Below are positions 9,741 through 20,172 of a stretch of 64,000 nucleotides of DNA, one piece after another; position 1 is the first letter of the stretch; each line of letters begins with the position of its first letter. The DNA lies in the NCBI GenBank assembly GCA_046350775.1, contig JAXLZS010000001.1:416342-480341 (forward strand), read 5' to 3'. The notes below the pieces were generated by a model. The model saw only the letters and a list, made by a program, of their open reading frames with translations. It ran no database searches and had not been told where the DNA came from. Source of the DNA: Minisyncoccota bacterium (GTDB lineage: Bacteria; Patescibacteriota; Minisyncoccia; Phycocordibacterales; UBA5272). Made by a program: the position numbers and the translations under genes.

Positions 9741-11525
9741 TTACATTCTCTCCACTTCATCTATACCAATCATATTCATTCCTTTTTTGAGAACTTTAGC
9801 AAAAGATTCCACTAGATAAAGATTTAATTTTGTCTGATCATGATTTTCCATATCTATAATTTTTACCTTTCCATAAAAAGTATTAAATGCTTGAGTCAAT
9901 TCAAATAAATATTTGATCACGAGTTGTGGAGCGATTTCTTCAATAGCTTTTTTAGCTAAAGATTCAAACTCTACTACTTTTTTCATTAGAGGAAGATGTG
10001 AGTCAGAAACATTATTATTAAGCTCTGGTTTTATCTCAGATTTTTCTAATAAAGAATTGGCGCGAGCATAAGTATAAAGAAGATATGGACCAGTCGCCCC
10101 CTCAAAGCTAATAGAAGTGTCGAGATCAAAAACAATATTTAATCCTGGCTTTGATTTTAAAATTGCCACACGAAGAGCTGAGAGAGAAATATTTTTTATT
10201 AGATTATTTAAATCTTTATCATTTAGATCTTTGACTTTTTCAGACAATCTCTCAGCTACTCTCGTATTCACTATTTGAAGAGTATCTTCGACAGTCAAAA
10301 CATTACCAAGTCTACTTGATAATCTTTGTCCTTGAAGATTAAGTCTTCCGTGAGATATGTGAGTACTTTTTTCTACTATACTTTTCCATTCTTCATTGAG
10401 CTGTCTTGCTGCTTCGAGTACAATCTCAAAATGAGGTACTTGTTCATTGTCTGTTATAAAAAGATTAAAATCAAAATCAAAATAATTATACTTTAAGGCA
10501 AGCAATCCTAAATCTTTAGCTTCATAAGTCGGATGTCCTTCACTGTTTATAAATACAGACTTGATTGTCTCATCACTCTCATTATTCTTTTTTCTTTTTG
10601 TATCAAAAACTATTGCGCCACCCTCTCCGATCTGAAACACTTCCCCTTCTCCTTCGAGATTCATATTTTCTTTGACTATCTCTTCACCTTTGACTCCTGC
10701 TTCAGACTCGTAAATAAATTTATCAAAATGAGATCCGAGCTCGGCTAAAATTTTCTCAAAATATTCTATATTGATTTTTTTAGAAGTTTCAAAAATTTTC
10801 CAATCCTCAGTCTCTTTATTTTTTTCAAAAAGATTTCTAGCGATTGAGACTATTTCTTCTCTCAAGTTTTCATTTTCATCGTAGATTTTTACACCTTCCA
10901 CATAAGCGTCTCCCAAAATTTTAATAATATTAGGATCAGAAAAATCTAAATCTGGTTTATTTTTTAATACAAATATTGCTTTTGCTATACCGATAGAAAT
11001 ATCAGACGGGAAAGCCATAACTTTTAGATCTGCCTTGGTAGATCTCATCATCTTTACGATAGATTCACCTATCACATTATTCATAAGGTGGCCAATATGA
11101 AATGGCTTGAAAAGATTTATAGCACTGTGCTCGACTAATACTTTTTTATTTGTAAATTTTGTTTCAATGAAATCTAGATTAGAGACTCTGGCTAATTCGT
11201 CACTTAAATATTCTTTTTTCAAAAAAATATTTATAAATCCGTTTGGAGCGACCTCTACACTTTCGATAATATTTAAAAACTCACCTTTTTCTTCTATATT
11301 TATATTTATTTGTCTTACGATCTCTTCCGCTATATCTTTAAAATTTTTACCAGTCTTTTTTGTGAGTATTAGAGATATATTTGTGGCAATATCACCAAAT
11401 CTACTATTGGACTCATCTATAAATGAGACGTCGAACTTAAAATCCAAAATCTCAGCTTCATTTATAAAGCCTATATCGACACAAATCTCAACTATTTCCT
11501 TTTTAATTGTTTCAAGTATTGTCAT
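9741..11525 (-). CDS. argS: arginyl-tRNA synthetase
   Basis: 594 aa with class I HIGH-like FHIGHLMN, a DALR-type anticodon-binding C-terminus and a terminal ...ERM end typical of ArgRS. Confidence 0.85.
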   Translation of the reverse strand: MTILETIKKEIVEICVDIGFINEAEILDFKFDVSFIDESNSRFGDIATNISLILTKKTGKNFKDIAEEIVRQININIEEKGEFLNIIESVEVAPNGFINIFLKKEYLSDELARVSNLDFIETKFTNKKVLVEHSAINLFKPFHIGHLMNNVIGESIVKMMRSTKADLKVMAFPSDISIGIAKAIFVLKNKPDLDFSDPNIIKILGDAYVEGVKIYDENENLREEIVSIARNLFEKNKETEDWKIFETSKKINIEYFEKILAELGSHFDKFIYESEAGVKGEEIVKENMNLEGEGEVFQIGEGGAIVFDTKRKKNNESDETIKSVFINSEGHPTYEAKDLGLLALKYNYFDFDFNLFITDNEQVPHFEIVLEAARQLNEEWKSIVEKSTHISHGRLNLQGQRLSSRLGNVLTVEDTLQIVNTRVAERLSEKVKDLNDKDLNNLIKNISLSALRVAILKSKPGLNIVFDLDTSISFEGATGPYLLYTYARANSLLEKSEIKPELNNNVSDSHLPLMKKVVEFESLAKKAIEEIAPQLVIKYLFELTQAFNTFYGKVKIIDMENHDQTKLNLYLVESFAKVLKKGMNMIGIDEVERM

Positions 11526-11560
11526 GTATTTATTTTGTTTATTTTAACAGAAAATTGGAA

Positions 11561-11590
11561 ATAAAAAAACAGAGAACTTGTCTCTGTTCT
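11561..11590 (-). terminator. rho-independent terminator after tmk
   Basis: Hairpin aacagaga-acttg-tctctgtt followed by a U-run on the minus strand. Confidence 0.5.
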
Positions 11591-11614
11591 TAAATTCCCA
11601 AAATCAAAGAGATC

Positions 11615-12244
11615 TCAGCTGTAGATAATGTTTTGAATGATTGTTTTTATTTTAAAGGCTAATTGGTGGATATTTTCACCGCCGTCTACACGATAAACAT
11701 TTTCACCATTTCTCTTCTCTAAAATATCAAAAAACTCAATATATCTATCTCTTCTCCCTTTGATTTCTTCATATACCGCTGCATCAAAATGATTTAAATC
11801 TCTACCTTTTGCAAGGTTGCGACGATTTAAACTTTCTTCAGGTGTTATATCTAAAAAGATATAGTGCGGCTCTACTCGACCTTCAACAATTTCTGCTCGC
11901 AAATCCCAAAACAATTTTCTCAATTCTGGTGTTTTAATTTGATAAGCAAAAGAGGAAGCATCAAAGCGATCGGAAATCACATCGACACCCTTTTTGAGAG
12001 TTGGAATGACTTTTTCTACCAGGTGGATTTCTCTGGATTTAAAAAACAATCCTAGCCTTTCAAAATCCGAAATTTTTCCACCTTCGTCGCTCAGCAAAAA
12101 ATTTCTGATTTCTTCTGCTCTTGGTGTACCACCAGGCTCTCGAGTCCAGATAGATTTTTGAAAAGTTTCTTTTGTAAAACCAATTTGCGTACCTTTTCCG
12201 GAATAATCTATTCCTTCAAATACGATTAACTTACCTTTTTTCAT
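11615..12244 (-). CDS. tmk: thymidylate kinase
   Basis: P-loop KGKLIVFEGIDYSGKGTQ matches the dTMP kinase signature. ATG at 12244. Confidence 0.8.
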   Translation of the reverse strand: MKKGKLIVFEGIDYSGKGTQIGFTKETFQKSIWTREPGGTPRAEEIRNFLLSDEGGKISDFERLGLFFKSREIHLVEKVIPTLKKGVDVISDRFDASSFAYQIKTPELRKLFWDLRAEIVEGRVEPHYIFLDITPEESLNRRNLAKGRDLNHFDAAVYEEIKGRRDRYIEFFDILEKRNGENVYRVDGGENIHQLAFKIKTIIQNIIYS

Positions 12245-12407
12245 ATAAAAGAATTTAAAAGATGACGAAATGAAATACAACTATAAAAATCATACAAAAA
12301 TGAAAATACAAAATCAATCTTGCAAAATAAGTGAAAAGTGTTAGTATTTAAAGTGATAGTTATAGTATTTTCTATAACAAAAGATCGTTCATTAAAAAAT
12401 TTAAGGT

Positions 12408-13340
12408 ATGGAAAAACAGTCTTTAATTGAAAAGTATGGGTGGGAATATCCATACCTTTCAGGAATGCAAGCTTGTTTAGAAACGGGAGATCGAAGACAA
12501 ACAAGAAACGCTGTAACTCATGCAAAATTTGTTCACCAAATGCGATTCGATTTAAAAAAAGGTTTTCCTTTGTTAACAACAAAGGAAGTTAATTTCGAAT
12601 TGGTCGTGGCTGAATTGCTCTGGTTCCTTGAAGGAGGAAGAAAACCTAACATTGAGCGGGGAGAATTGTTTGGCCGCATGTCATTAAAACGCCTTGAGGA
12701 AATTTATGGCAAAAAAATAACCCAAATGTGGGTTGGTGATGCTGAAAATTTTTCAAAAAGAGGTAAAGCAAAATTTGAAGGAGACAATGGAAGAATCTAT
12801 GGATCACAATGGACCAACTGGAACACGGCTGATGGTAAAGTTATAAACCAAATAGCCGATCTTATTGAAAAATTAAAAGCCGATCCATATGGTCGCTATG
12901 GTAGAGTTACCGCCTGGAATCCTGGGGAAATTTTTGATATGTCCCTTCCAGCATGCCACACAGACTTTCAATGCTTCGTAAGAACCGGTCATGATAAAAA
13001 CTTTTTATCACTACACATGAACCAAAGAAGTTGTGATATGTTTTTAGGCGTACCATTTAACATTGCAAGTTACGCCTTGTTAACTTATATGCTTGCCCAG
13101 GTTTGTGATCTGTATGTGGACGAACTTATCGTAACTCTAAACGATTATCATGTTTATGAAGACCATATACCAATGGTAAAAGAACAACTTACTCGTACGG
13201 CCGGCGAAATGCCAAAATTATGGATTAATCCCGAAATTCTCGACATAGATTCATTTAATATGGCGAGTTTTAAATTAGCGGATTATAATCCACAATCCAA
13301 AATTAAGGCAAAAGTTTTGACAGCAAATGTAAAACCTTAA
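12408..13340 (+). CDS. thyA: thymidylate synthase (canonical ThyA)
   Basis: RVTAWNP, catalytic PACH, QRSCDMFLGVPFNIASYALL, DYHVYEDH. Confidence 0.9.
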   Translation: MEKQSLIEKYGWEYPYLSGMQACLETGDRRQTRNAVTHAKFVHQMRFDLKKGFPLLTTKEVNFELVVAELLWFLEGGRKPNIERGELFGRMSLKRLEEIYGKKITQMWVGDAENFSKRGKAKFEGDNGRIYGSQWTNWNTADGKVINQIADLIEKLKADPYGRYGRVTAWNPGEIFDMSLPACHTDFQCFVRTGHDKNFLSLHMNQRSCDMFLGVPFNIASYALLTYMLAQVCDLYVDELIVTLNDYHVYEDHIPMVKEQLTRTAGEMPKLWINPEILDIDSFNMASFKLADYNPQSKIKAKVLTANVKP

Positions 13341-13345
13341 TTTAA

Positions 13346-13386
13346 GAAAAAATCCCTGACTAATTTTGTCAGGGATTTTTTATTTT
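13346..13386. terminator. bidirectional rho-independent terminator (thyA / rplK)
   Basis: Hairpin atccctgac-taattttgtcagggat flanked by an A-run and a T-run. Confidence 0.6.
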
Positions 13387-13812
13387 TTACTTCACTTCAA
13401 GACCCATACTTCTCGCAGATCCTTCAATAATTTTCATTGCTTGCTCGACAGTATTTGCATTTAAGTCTGCCATTTTCGCTGTTGCAATCTCTTTGATTTT
13501 ATCTTTAGTGATTGTACCAGCTCTTGAAACTTTATTTTTACTTGAACCTGTCTTGATACCAGCTCCTTCTTTTAAAAGATATGAGGCTGTAGGAGTCTTG
13601 ATATAAAAATCGTAAGTTCTATCTTCATAAACATATATTTTCACAGGAAGAATACCTTTCATTTCTTTTGTCGCAGCGTTGAATTTGTTTACAAAGTCAC
13701 CAATCTGAACACCGGCCTGACCAAGAGCAGGACCAAGTGGAGGAGCAGGCACAGCTTTACCAGCTTCAATCTCAACCTTTACGTATTTTAGTATTTTTTT
13801 TGCATTAGCCAT
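13387..13812 (-). CDS. rplK: 50S ribosomal protein L11
   Basis: PPLGPALGQAGVQIGDFVNKFN is an L11 signature. 141 aa. Confidence 0.9.
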   Translation of the reverse strand: MANAKKILKYVKVEIEAGKAVPAPPLGPALGQAGVQIGDFVNKFNAATKEMKGILPVKIYVYEDRTYDFYIKTPTASYLLKEGAGIKTGSSKNKVSRAGTITKDKIKEIATAKMADLNANTVEQAMKIIEGSARSMGLEVK

Positions 13813-13889
13813 ATTTTTATATTAGTTTGTGCATTCTAACACACTTTCTTTAAAAAATCAAAGATGTTTTTGGTGTTATTTTATAGATA

Positions 13890-14435
13890 TTATAATTTCT
13901 TTACTTGTAAAAAGTCCAACTCTAAAGGTGTCTCACGACCAAACATAGACACTAGGACTTTAAGCTTACCACGAGATCTGTCTACTTCTGCCACCTTTCC
14001 TTCATAATCTTTGAATGGTCCATCTGTGATGGATACGATCTCACCTTCTTCAATGGCAATATCATGTACAGTCTCAGCATCTTTCATACGTGAGAATATA
14101 TAGTCGAGCTCTTTTTGAGCAAGAGGAACAGGAGTAGTACCAGACCCTACGAATCCTGTGACGCGAGGAGTATTTCTCACCTGATACCAAGAGTCGTCAT
14201 CCACTATCATATCTACCAGCACATATCCTGGATATATCTTTTCCTCCACCTCCACCCTTTTTGTACCTTTAACTTTTATTTTTTTTTCTACAGGTACGAT
14301 AACATTAAAAATTTTATCTTCTAGACCGAGGGAATGAATTCTTTGTTTTAAATTACGAAGCACAGCATTTTCATATCCACTATAAGTGTGGACAGCATAC
14401 CAATGTCTGTCTCCTCCAAGTTCTTGTTTTGCCAT
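13890..14435 (-). CDS. nusG: transcription termination/antitermination factor NusG
   Basis: WYAVHTYSGYENAV NGN domain and a C-terminal KOW domain, in the secE-nusG-rplK context. Confidence 0.85.
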   Translation of the reverse strand: MAKQELGGDRHWYAVHTYSGYENAVLRNLKQRIHSLGLEDKIFNVIVPVEKKIKVKGTKRVEVEEKIYPGYVLVDMIVDDDSWYQVRNTPRVTGFVGSGTTPVPLAQKELDYIFSRMKDAETVHDIAIEEGEIVSITDGPFKDYEGKVAEVDRSRGKLKVLVSMFGRETPLELDFLQVKKL

Positions 14436-14455
14436 AATTTTATTTTTATTTAAAA

Positions 14456-14629
14456 TTATCTAAAAAATAAGAAAGTAAAAATATTATCGAATTCAAAAAG
14501 TAAGACTGCCACAAAAGCTGAGATTAGGATCACGAGTAATGTGTGATTAATTGTTGCTTTTTTAGTAGGCCAAACTACATGAACAAGTTCTGCTTTTACT
14601 GATTTTAGATAATTGATAAGACTATTCAT
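14456..14629 (-). CDS. secE: preprotein translocase subunit SecE (57 aa; below the ORF-track cutoff)
   Basis: Manual translation: MNSLINYLKSVKAELVHVVWPTKKATINHTLLVILISAFVAVLLFEFDNIFTFLFFR. Single TM, in the conserved position upstream of nusG. Confidence 0.55.
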   Translation of the reverse strand: MNSLINYLKSVKAELVHVVWPTKKATINHTLLVILISAFVAVLLFEFDNIFTFLFFR

Positions 14630-14670
14630 AAGATTTTTATTAATAAATTGATTTTAACACATTTTTTTTC

Positions 14671-14694
14671 ATTTTTAAAACGCCTCTCGGCGTC
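14671..14694 (-). terminator. rho-independent terminator
   Basis: Hairpin aagacgccgagaggcgtctt followed by a U-run on the minus strand, downstream of the 14740..15570 gene. Confidence 0.45.
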
Positions 14695-14739
14695 TTAAAA
14701 TTATTTATATAATATACTCCTTTATTTAAACAAAGTCAA

Positions 14740-15570
14740 TTAATCTTCGATTTGGAAAGTAATAGAAACATTTGAAGTAATCTTTTGCTCGCCTGTTGGT
14801 AAAGTAGCACTTTCAGCAGAACCAGAGACTGAAGAATCCATAGCTTTAGCATACATCATAGGATATACCGCTCCACCATTATCATCAGAATAAGAAATTA
14901 TTCTACTCAATTCTATTCCGAGGGATTTTGCTAAAACTTTTGCTTTTTCTTTAGCGTCTTTGATAGCTTTATCTCTGGCTTCATTTTTTAATTTTTCTGG
15001 ATCATCTATCTGGAAACTTGGACCTGAGACCTCTGTGATTTTAGCATCAGCCAGAGCTGCTAAAACTTTTCCAGAATTGTCAGTATTCCTGACCTTGACG
15101 CTAATACTCTCACTAACCTCATAGCCTACTACCTTACTTGTCTCGCAAGGAGTAGAAGGATAAATCATAGTACGTACAGCAGGACAAGCTTGAGATCCAT
15201 ATTTTGGATTTACTTGATAGTATTCTGTTTTAATATCTTTATCAGCTATACCAAAAGATTTTATTTTAGATAATACATTATCAACTTGACCCTTTACATC
15301 ATTTTGTAATTTTTGAGTATCCTTTGTGTCACTAGAAGATCTCACTGTAAAATTTATTACTGATATATCTGGAACAGCATTTACTTCACCTTTTCCTGAT
15401 ATCACGACTGTTCTTGGATTTGTATAGCTACTGTAAATCTTTACGGCATGAGTTATGCCGATATACAAAACTAAAAATCCTGCCAATAATATTAATAGCC
15501 ATTTCCCCATTTTTTTACAATTGCAATCCTTCATATCTAGACCGCAACGCTTACATAAATTTTGTTCCAT
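14740..15570 (-). CDS. SIMPL-domain (DUF541) periplasmic/membrane-anchored protein
   Basis: N-terminal Cys cluster plus TM, and a C-terminal PSFQIDDPEKLKNEARDKAIKDAKEKAKVLAKSLG typical of SIMPL/DUF541. Confidence 0.5.
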   Translation of the reverse strand: MEQNLCKRCGLDMKDCNCKKMGKWLLILLAGFLVLYIGITHAVKIYSSYTNPRTVVISGKGEVNAVPDISVINFTVRSSSDTKDTQKLQNDVKGQVDNVLSKIKSFGIADKDIKTEYYQVNPKYGSQACPAVRTMIYPSTPCETSKVVGYEVSESISVKVRNTDNSGKVLAALADAKITEVSGPSFQIDDPEKLKNEARDKAIKDAKEKAKVLAKSLGIELSRIISYSDDNGGAVYPMMYAKAMDSSVSGSAESATLPTGEQKITSNVSITFQIED

Positions 15571-15689
15571 AATTTTATTATATTTATTTTTAATAATTTA
15601 ATTATAACAAATTTCTGATTACTAGATTAATATGTTAAGATATTTCCTGATAACAATTCTTTTTAAAAAATTAAATAAAGGAGGTAAAT

Positions 15690-16010
15690 ATGAGTGATGC
15701 AGCCACCCATGCCGCGCAAGAACAAGCAGAAAAAGAACGTATTGAAAAAGTAGTTCTTAACTTTAAAGAAATTACTGACACTGATCATAAAAAAAGATTC
15801 CTGCAAGATTTATACAGGAGACTTGATGATGATCATGAACATCACACGTTCATACACAGAATGTGGAATGAAAAATCAACAGATGCAGATCTTGAAAAGA
15901 TTAAAAACTCGCTGCTCTCTACTACAGAAGATGAGCTTCTCAAAAAAGAAATAGAAAAGCAAGCTATGCAAAATATGAACTTTTTTGAAAAACTTTATGT
16001 AAAATGGTAG
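15690..16010 (+). CDS. hypothetical protein
   Basis: 106 aa, charged and helical. Followed by a strong terminator. Confidence 0.3.
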   Translation: MSDAATHAAQEQAEKERIEKVVLNFKEITDTDHKKRFLQDLYRRLDDDHEHHTFIHRMWNEKSTDADLEKIKNSLLSTTEDELLKKEIEKQAMQNMNFFEKLYVKW

Positions 16011-16016
16011 TAAATT

Positions 16017-16046
16017 AAAAAGACCCTTTCGGGTCTTTTGTTTTTA
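16017..16046 (+). terminator. rho-independent terminator
   Basis: Hairpin aaaagaccctttcgggtctttt followed by a T-run. Confidence 0.6.
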
Positions 16047-17147
16047 TTTATTTAATAAATTCAATACTGTCTTTTTATCTAGGCAGACATCAGTACTACT
16101 TGATATAGTAGCATTACTATCCCTAAAGCAGACACCTTGAGAATTTAAAATATTTAATATAGTTGTTGTTGAATAAGGTACTATACTACTTGTCTTATCT
16201 GTATAATTAATTACAAATCCTGTAGAAGTAGCGTCAATAGATACCACCCCTCTTCCAGCTGGTCCGACCGGTCCACGCTGAGAAAGATATTTTATTATTG
16301 TCTGTCCTGACTTGGTAGATTTTTGATAACTAGCGACCTGAGCCTTTAAATTATTTACCTCTTTTATAAGATCCTCTATTTGAGAGGAAGACAGATTGGC
16401 ATATTGACTATCAACTATTGATGAAGATGAAGTATCTTGTGATGCACTTTGGTCTAAATAATTGACTGTATTTTGTATTTCTTGAGGATTTTGGCCAATG
16501 TTTGTATTTTGTGAATTATTTGATGTGTTGTTTATATTATCTTTAGATGAAAAAGAACTGTAAAAATAAAATAAACCAAAAGTTAAAACTAAAACCAAAA
16601 GTATAAAGAAGATAATTTTTCCAAGATTATTTTTTGGTTTCTCTATCATTATATTTGTAGCGGAATTATTTACAGATTGAGGAGGGACAGAAATCTCATT
16701 TTGAATGATACCAGATGTGGGAGCAACAGGAATATCTGATATCGTATTATTTATAATAGTATCAATAGCTCCTTTTGTATTTACATCTTTAGCGCTTTCC
16801 CCTTTTCCGCCAATATTTAAAGAGTAACTATTGTCTTCTGTTGGTTCAGTTTTTGGAGTAGTAATAATCGGTTCTGATACAGGTTTTGGAATATCTGAAG
16901 ACTGTGAAGAGTCTACTACTGGCTGAGCTGATATAGTAGGAGCGACTACTTTACTTAGTACTTCATTTTGAATTGGAGCAAATGGCTGAATATTTCCTCT
17001 GTTAGATTTAAATATATGAAGACCCTCTAAAATATCTTCTTTATCCCAGCCACTGGCTGATAGCAAAGTCCTAAGAGAATCTTCTGTGAGATTCTTATTT
17101 AGACTCATTATGCGATCCATCACATCCTCTATATTTTGTATAGTCAT
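16044..17147 (-). CDS. hypothetical single-pass membrane protein
   Basis: Central TM (IIFFILLVLVLTFGLFYFY), S/T/N/Q-rich low-complexity regions and a short collagen-like GPVGPAGRG stretch. Confidence 0.35.
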   Translation of the reverse strand: MTIQNIEDVMDRIMSLNKNLTEDSLRTLLSASGWDKEDILEGLHIFKSNRGNIQPFAPIQNEVLSKVVAPTISAQPVVDSSQSSDIPKPVSEPIITTPKTEPTEDNSYSLNIGGKGESAKDVNTKGAIDTIINNTISDIPVAPTSGIIQNEISVPPQSVNNSATNIMIEKPKNNLGKIIFFILLVLVLTFGLFYFYSSFSSKDNINNTSNNSQNTNIGQNPQEIQNTVNYLDQSASQDTSSSSIVDSQYANLSSSQIEDLIKEVNNLKAQVASYQKSTKSGQTIIKYLSQRGPVGPAGRGVVSIDATSTGFVINYTDKTSSIVPYSTTTILNILNSQGVCFRDSNATISSSTDVCLDKKTVLNLLNK

Positions 17148-17292
17148 AGATTATAATTATATTCACATTATAGCTCAAATTTTAGAGAGATTTTTAAAAA
17201 AAATAAAAAATGTGGATAAAAAACAACAAACATTTACATGTACAAAAATCAAATTAATCAAATATATGATAAGATAATATTAACAAATATAT

Positions 17293-18045
17293 ATGTTTAC
17301 AAAATATTTTTACCTAGTAAGACACGGAGAGACTATATTAAATAAAGAAAAAATAAGACAAGGAGAGGAAGGTAAACTTTCTCCTGTAGGAGTAGAAGAG
17401 GTAGAAGAGCTGAGCAAAAGACTCCTAAATATGAATATAGATAAAATTCTTGTCTCGCCTTTTGAGAGAACTCGTGAGACAGCGCAAATAATAAATAGCT
17501 ATCTTAAATTACCAGAAAATAAAATAATCATAACAAAACTAATTGGTGAAAGAAAAAATCCTACAATAATAGTAGGAAAACATTATGATGACCCTGTAGC
17601 AAAATCTTTTATAGATAAGATGGACAAGACTATACACGATCCAGATCTGCGCATCTATGATGAGGAAAATTTCACAGATTTAAGAGATAGAGCCATCAAA
17701 GCACAAAAATTTTTAATTAGAAATGGATCTCATCACACACTCTGTGTAACTCATGGAATATTTTTAAAAATGTTTTTATCTACTCTGTTGTATGGAAAAG
17801 ATTTAACTGTAAAACAATATGCTGAGATGGCACTATACAATCCAGCTGACAATGCTGGAGTGACACTTGTAAAATATGACCCAATAAAAAAGCTTACCAG
17901 ACCGTTTAAAAAATTTATATCAAATATATTTAATGATGATATAAATAATTTAGACACAAACAATAAAATAGACAAATATTCTCCTTGGTCCATACTCGCC
18001 TATAATGACTATACTCGTGATGGATTTAAAAAACTCCACATATAG
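17293..18045 (+). CDS. histidine phosphatase (phosphoglycerate mutase) family protein
   Basis: LVRHGETILN (RHG motif), SPFERTRETAQ and a second His in VTHG. Confidence 0.7.
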   Translation: MFTKYFYLVRHGETILNKEKIRQGEEGKLSPVGVEEVEELSKRLLNMNIDKILVSPFERTRETAQIINSYLKLPENKIIITKLIGERKNPTIIVGKHYDDPVAKSFIDKMDKTIHDPDLRIYDEENFTDLRDRAIKAQKFLIRNGSHHTLCVTHGIFLKMFLSTLLYGKDLTVKQYAEMALYNPADNAGVTLVKYDPIKKLTRPFKKFISNIFNDDINNLDTNNKIDKYSPWSILAYNDYTRDGFKKLHI

Positions 18046-18126
18046 ACTATTGCATTTATTTTTATTTATGGTAAGATATTTATCTTATAGTTCTTAACAT
18101 TTTAAAAACATTAAATTAATTTGGCT

Positions 18127-18291
18127 ATGGCTAAAGAAGCAGCTGGTGCAAAGAAAAAGATTGCACCAAAAAAGAAAGACTCGATCAACAGTTGTGAACA
18201 TTTAAATGGGCCATGTCCTTGCACAAATCTAAATGGTGCAGGATGCAAAGACAGACAAAATGATGGTCGCTGCTTAAAAAAAGCAACATAA
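18127..18291 (+). CDS. small Cys-rich hypothetical protein (54 aa)
   Basis: Manual translation MAKEAAGAKKKIAPKKKDSINSCEHLNGPCPCTNLNGAGCKDRQNDGRCLKKAT, followed by a terminator. Confidence 0.3.
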   Translation: MAKEAAGAKKKIAPKKKDSINSCEHLNGPCPCTNLNGAGCKDRQNDGRCLKKAT

Positions 18292-18310
18292 TTTGAAAAA
18301 TTATTTCACA

Positions 18311-18345
18311 AAAAAACGGACGATATTTATCATCCGTTTTTATTT
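18311..18345. terminator. bidirectional rho-independent terminator
   Basis: Hairpin acggacgata-tt-tatcatccgt flanked by an A-run and a T-run. Confidence 0.6.
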
Positions 18346-18389
18346 TTTATAAAATAAAAAAACAATCGTCCTGATAAAACGATTGTCAA

Positions 18390-18932
18390 TTAGTTGCTTT
18401 CTGAATCCGTGTTGGGGACACGTAAATCAAAAGCCTCTGAAAAGAGTCTGTCTTTATGCTGCGGATGTTCTTTAAGATATTCAATCACATGTTCATCTCC
18501 CAGCAAATCTTTTTTACTAGGAAAAACTCCATACACTTCATCCTTGGTCACAAGACAAACTCCTGCCTCAAATGGAGGAAAAACAAATTTCGGCAGACCT
18601 TTTTCCGTTTCAGAAAGAGTCATCCTTCTTATGACGGACTGTTTTCTAAGGATTTCTTCTTCTGCCTCAGTCTTTATCTTTTCTATCTCCTCCTCATCTT
18701 TTCCTATCTTATAAGTGATAGAAATATCCGGATTTGAAATAATCTCACAAATCAAATCATAAGCATTACACTTTGTGATTTGATCATCTTCTATGAGACT
18801 TACTAACAAGTTTCCACCTTCTTCCTTGGTAGAAAATGTCTCCTCTCCACGGTATCGATTATCAGTCGACGTCGTGAAATAATATTCCGAACCAGAAATT
18901 AACCCTTTTAAAAAATATTTTTCTTTTTTCAA
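18390..18932 (-). CDS. hypothetical protein
   Basis: 180 aa acidic protein with no recognised motif. Confidence 0.3.
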   Translation of the reverse strand: MKKEKYFLKGLISGSEYYFTTSTDNRYRGEETFSTKEEGGNLLVSLIEDDQITKCNAYDLICEIISNPDISITYKIGKDEEEIEKIKTEAEEEILRKQSVIRRMTLSETEKGLPKFVFPPFEAGVCLVTKDEVYGVFPSKKDLLGDEHVIEYLKEHPQHKDRLFSEAFDLRVPNTDSESN

Positions 18933-19043
18933 ATATAAAAAATTTAATCTGTGAAAAATAAAATATATACAAACTAATTATAGTATATAACATATATAAA
19001 TATAAGTCAATACAAATGAAATTATAAAACCGCCTTACAAATT

Positions 19044-19076
19044 AAGGATTGAATATTAAAAATTTACGTGTGTGCC
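19044..19076. repeat. 33-bp direct repeat copy 1 (aaggattgaatattaaaaatttacgtgtgtgcc)
   Basis: Near-identical (30/33 plus a 1-nt indel) to 20173..20206, which abuts the tRNA-His 3' end. Confidence 0.7.
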
Positions 19077-19179
19077 ACAGTAGAGCTGGTCAGAAAGGTT
19101 TTTGTAAGATTGAATGATACGACAATATATACTCCACTATAATTCTTACTATATTTAGTATATGTAGTATAATAACAAT

Positions 19180-20142
19180 ATGGAAGGACTTAGAAAAAAT
19201 ATCAAAGTAAAAATAACAAAAATACCAGAAGATTATAAAAAATCTGATACTGAAAATTGGAAAGAAATAAAAAATGATGAATTAGATATTGAAAATAATA
19301 AAGAAACTAAAAAAACAGAGATGGAAAAAAAGATGATAGCTTTATCTGGAAAGATAATAAAAGATTGGACAGAAAATAATTTAAAATTAAAAGACATAGA
19401 CATACCAAATGAAACTGATTTCCAGAACAGACTACCCCCTCCTTTTCATGTGGCAAGTGGATCATATAATCCAGAAGAAGACGTGATAGAGATTGGATCC
19501 TTAAATAAAATTAAGCCTTTTAGATATTTATCAGAAATATTAAAATCTGACATTGATAATTACAAAAAATTTAAAAAATTTTCGACTATTTTACATGAAG
19601 CGTTACATTATGCTAGTTTTAATATGAGACGATACAAAGAATATAATAATGCGATAATCAGTACAGGAGATATGGTTGGTTATGAAGTTGGACACGAAGA
19701 TGAAGATGGGTATATGTCTTATTTCAAAGCGTTAAACGAAGCTATCACAGAGTTTATAAAAGACGAGATTATAAAAAGGAATTTTGATGAAATTCAAAAA
19801 GAATTAAAAATAAAAAATACATTAGGAATAAGAAAAGATTTATTTATAAAATTAAAACTAATATTAAGTAAAAGTTATAGCAAAGAAATATATTTAATAA
19901 ATAAAATAATTAAAAATTGCAATATAGACAAGCAAAAATTATTCCATGATTATTTTACTGGTGACATTAAATATCTAACTCAAAAACTAGAAAGTGTATA
20001 CGGTCCAGGATCAACAAAAATATTAGCGTCTATAGATAAAATGAATGGTATAAGCGACTTAGATAAACAAATATATTTTGATTTAAATACAGAGGAAAAA
20101 TTAAGACTGAAAATAAAAGAAAGTATAATGAAAAATTTATAA
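19180..20142 (+). CDS. hypothetical HEXXH zinc-metallopeptidase-like protein
   Basis: HEALH motif at ILHEALHYASF. 320 aa, Lys-rich. Confidence 0.35.
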   Translation: MEGLRKNIKVKITKIPEDYKKSDTENWKEIKNDELDIENNKETKKTEMEKKMIALSGKIIKDWTENNLKLKDIDIPNETDFQNRLPPPFHVASGSYNPEEDVIEIGSLNKIKPFRYLSEILKSDIDNYKKFKKFSTILHEALHYASFNMRRYKEYNNAIISTGDMVGYEVGHEDEDGYMSYFKALNEAITEFIKDEIIKRNFDEIQKELKIKNTLGIRKDLFIKLKLILSKSYSKEIYLINKIIKNCNIDKQKLFHDYFTGDIKYLTQKLESVYGPGSTKILASIDKMNGISDLDKQIYFDLNTEEKLRLKIKESIMKNL

Positions 20143-20172
20143 AACGTTAGAACCAAAACTATTTTAAATCAT

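Noticed and set aside
12241-12582. 113-aa minus-strand ORF overlapping the tmk-thyA divergent promoter region and the thyA 5' end
   Set aside because: It overlaps the start of canonical thyA on the opposite strand and its translation is low-complexity, so it is likely spurious.
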